DNA of 63,625 bases, the filler included, from Octopus bimaculoides (Eukaryota): assembly GCF_001194135.2 (NCBI RefSeq). It is 6 parts of 6 records of this genome, joined end to end, with 100 filler letters (N's around TTAATTAATTAA, not from the genome) between each part and the next. Parts side by side here need not be neighbours in the genome. Positions count along the whole stretch, not along the records: positions 48,190 to 63,625 come from NC_068981.1; 5 more parts are not named here. The stretch is one strand, 5' to 3'. How positions within the stretch are numbered: position 1 is the first letter of the stretch; the number at the start of each line of letters is the position of its first letter. The notes under the pieces are model-generated. The model was not told the DNA's origin. It made no database searches and saw only the letters and a program-made list of their open reading frames with translations. Below are positions 61,648 to 63,625 of the stretch, piece after piece. The position numbers were made by a program, and so were the translations under genes.

Positions 61648-61687
<40 letters not shown>

Positions 61688-61916
61688 NNNNNNNNNNNNN
61701 NNNNNNNNNNNNNNNNNNNNNNNNNNNNNNNNNNNNNNNNNNNNNNNNNNNNNNNNNNNNNNNNNNNNNNNNNNNNNNNNNNNNNNNNNNNNNNNNNNNN
61801 NNNNNNNNNNNNNNNNNNNNNNNNNNNNNNNNNNNNNNNNNNNNNNNNNNNNNNNNNNNNNNNNNNNNNNNNNNNNNNNNNNNNNNNNNNNNNNNNNNNN
61901 NNNNNNNNNNNNNNNN

Positions 61917-61959
<43 letters not shown>

Positions 61960-62404
61960 GCACTCGCACACACGCTCATGGTAATTAGGATGTTCTCAGT
62001 AGTACTACTGCTGCTGCTAAGAACGGGAGCATTCAATACATTTCTAAAAGTGAAAATTTATTATGGGGATCGAAAGGATCACTACAATACAGTGACAAGT
62101 AGTTTCATTCCTGGGTGGAAGGATTTAACAAATCTATTTTATTCCAGTAATATTAACACCAAAGTTGGATTGCGGAGATACACTGAATATGCAATGTATT
62201 GATCAGCATAGAGATGTGTCTAATGTTCCTCCTCATATAACCATTACTGCTGCTTCTTCTGCCAGTAGTTATGCATCTGGACTGATGCATCGTAGTGTGA
62301 AGTATTCAGCCGGAACTAATCACTACCAGTTTTCCTTTTCTCCATAGCTCCATATCTTTATAACTTCAGAGTTTAGTTTATCCAGCAAGGACCTCTTCTT
62401 GCTT

Positions 62405-62890
62405 TCAATATTTCGTTCCACAATAAGGCGGTGAGCTGATAAAATCGTTAGCACCCGGACAAAATGTTTAACGGCTTTTCTTCCGTCTTTACGTTCTCAC
62501 TGCAAATGCCCTCGAGATTGGCTTTGCCATTCATTCTTTCGGAGTCAATAAAATGAATAGTAGTTGAACACGGGGGTCGATGTAACTGACTTACCCCATC
62601 CCCCGAACTTGCAGGTCTTTTGCCAAAATTTGAAACCAATATTTCGTTCTACAATAAGGCAGTAAACATGTAGAATCGTTACCGAACAAAATGTTTAGTT
62701 GTACAAAATGTTTAGCGGTATTTCTTCCGACTTTAAGTTCTGTGTTCAAATTCTGCCGGGGTCAACTTTAGCTTTCATCCTTTGAGGGTCGATAAAAGAA
62801 GTACCAGTTAAGCACTATGATTGACGTAAACGACTTACCCAAAATTGCTGGCCTTGTGACGAAATTTAAAACCATTATCTTGTTCTACAA
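62405..62890 (+). mobile_element. Two diverged head-to-tail SINE A-related units
   Basis: atatttcgttccacaataaggcgg (62409) and atatttcgttctacaataaggcag (62640), each followed by a SINE A-like body. Confidence 0.65.
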
Positions 62891-63249
62891 TTATGTGCGT
62901 TTCGATGATTGTAATTAGCTCTGCAAGGAAGCAACAGAAATCTTTGCATACTGCCAGTCTCTGAGACACGGCCTCTCTCTTTCTCTCTCTCTTTCTCTCT
63001 CTCTTTCTTTCTTCTTTCGACTCTTTCTCTCACATACGCATGATTATCAGGCAGACTCAGCGTAGTACAGTGTGTGACAAGAGTGGCCCTTTGTATTATA
63101 CGTACAGTTCATCAAGCTAGTTTCCATACAGTCTTCATCTACCCAGTGCCACTCAAAAGATGTTGGCCGAGTCGAGATTAAAATGAAACGATTAAACGCC
63201 ACTGCTTTGACGAAGCTGACTTGGCAATGGACGATATTCTTCTCTACTC

Positions 63250-63625
63250 TAGGCACAAGGCCCGAACTTTTAGGGAGGGGTCCAGTCGATAAGATCGACC
63301 CCAGTATGAAACTGGTACTCGAAAGGATGAAAAGCAAAGTCGACCTCGGCGGAATTTGAACTCAGAACGTAACAGCAGACGAAATACCACTAAGCATTTC
63401 GCCCGGCGTGCTACCGTTTCTTATGTCTTTATTGCCCACAAGGGGCTAAACATAGAGGGGACAAACAAGGACAGACAAAGGGTTAAAGTCGACTACACGA
63501 CCCCAGTGCGTAACTGGAGCTTATTTAATCGACCCCGAAAGAATGAAAGACAAAGTCGACCTCAGCGGAATTTGAACTCAGAACGTAACGGCAGACGAAA
63601 TACCACTAAGCATTTCGCCCGGCGT
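63250..63625 (-). mobile_element. Two adjacent SINE family A copies (63250-63420 and 63421-63625, the second cut by the window end)
   Basis: Both contain aaagtcgacctc.gcggaatttgaactcagaacgtaac.gcagacgaaatacc and gcatttcgcccggcgt. Confidence 0.9.

Noticed and set aside
194-63625. Most ORFs in the supplied track ([16 protein letters not shown] runs and X runs)
   Set aside because: They are translations of (TA)n, (TG)n, (CA)n and (GA)n microsatellites or N gaps, not genes.
1-63625. CRISPR arrays, rRNA genes, prokaryotic operons
   Set aside because: No regularly spaced repeat-spacer array or rRNA-like sequence; the DNA is clearly eukaryotic with spliceosomal introns.

Overview
AT-rich, microsatellite-dense, gap-ridden eukaryotic DNA. 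The SINE families, C2H2 zinc-finger remnants and adhesion-GPCR exons suggest an octopus/cephalopod draft assembly (inference). The window is a patchwork of six pieces joined by five identical artificial 100-bp spacers (44 N + TTAATTAATTAA + 44 N), so adjacency across those joins is unsupported. Host genes: (1) the TM7/C-terminal end of an adhesion GPCR at the left edge (+); (2) 3-4 phase-compatible GAIN-domain exons of a second adhesion GPCR (+, 20.6-24.3 kb), cut off by a join; (3) the last three coding exons of an unidentified coiled-coil protein (-, 44.2-47.8 kb); (4) a decayed C2H2 zinc-finger array and a tRNA-Ser pseudogene. The rest is mostly mobile DNA: Penelope-like elements, RTE and other LINE fragments, mariner/maT and hAT-like transposons, a foldback MITE, a probable solo LTR and many tRNA-derived SINEs. 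The most interesting signal is a set of six clear minimal hammerhead-ribozyme motifs plus one degenerate one. One sits inside a tRNA-headed (Pol III-type) SINE-like element with an inverted partner copy, and two recurrent non-canonical cores occur (CUGUUGA, CCGA[U/A]GA). Almost all ORFs in the supplied track are microsatellite or gap artefacts. All calls were made by eye, and TE boundaries are approximate.
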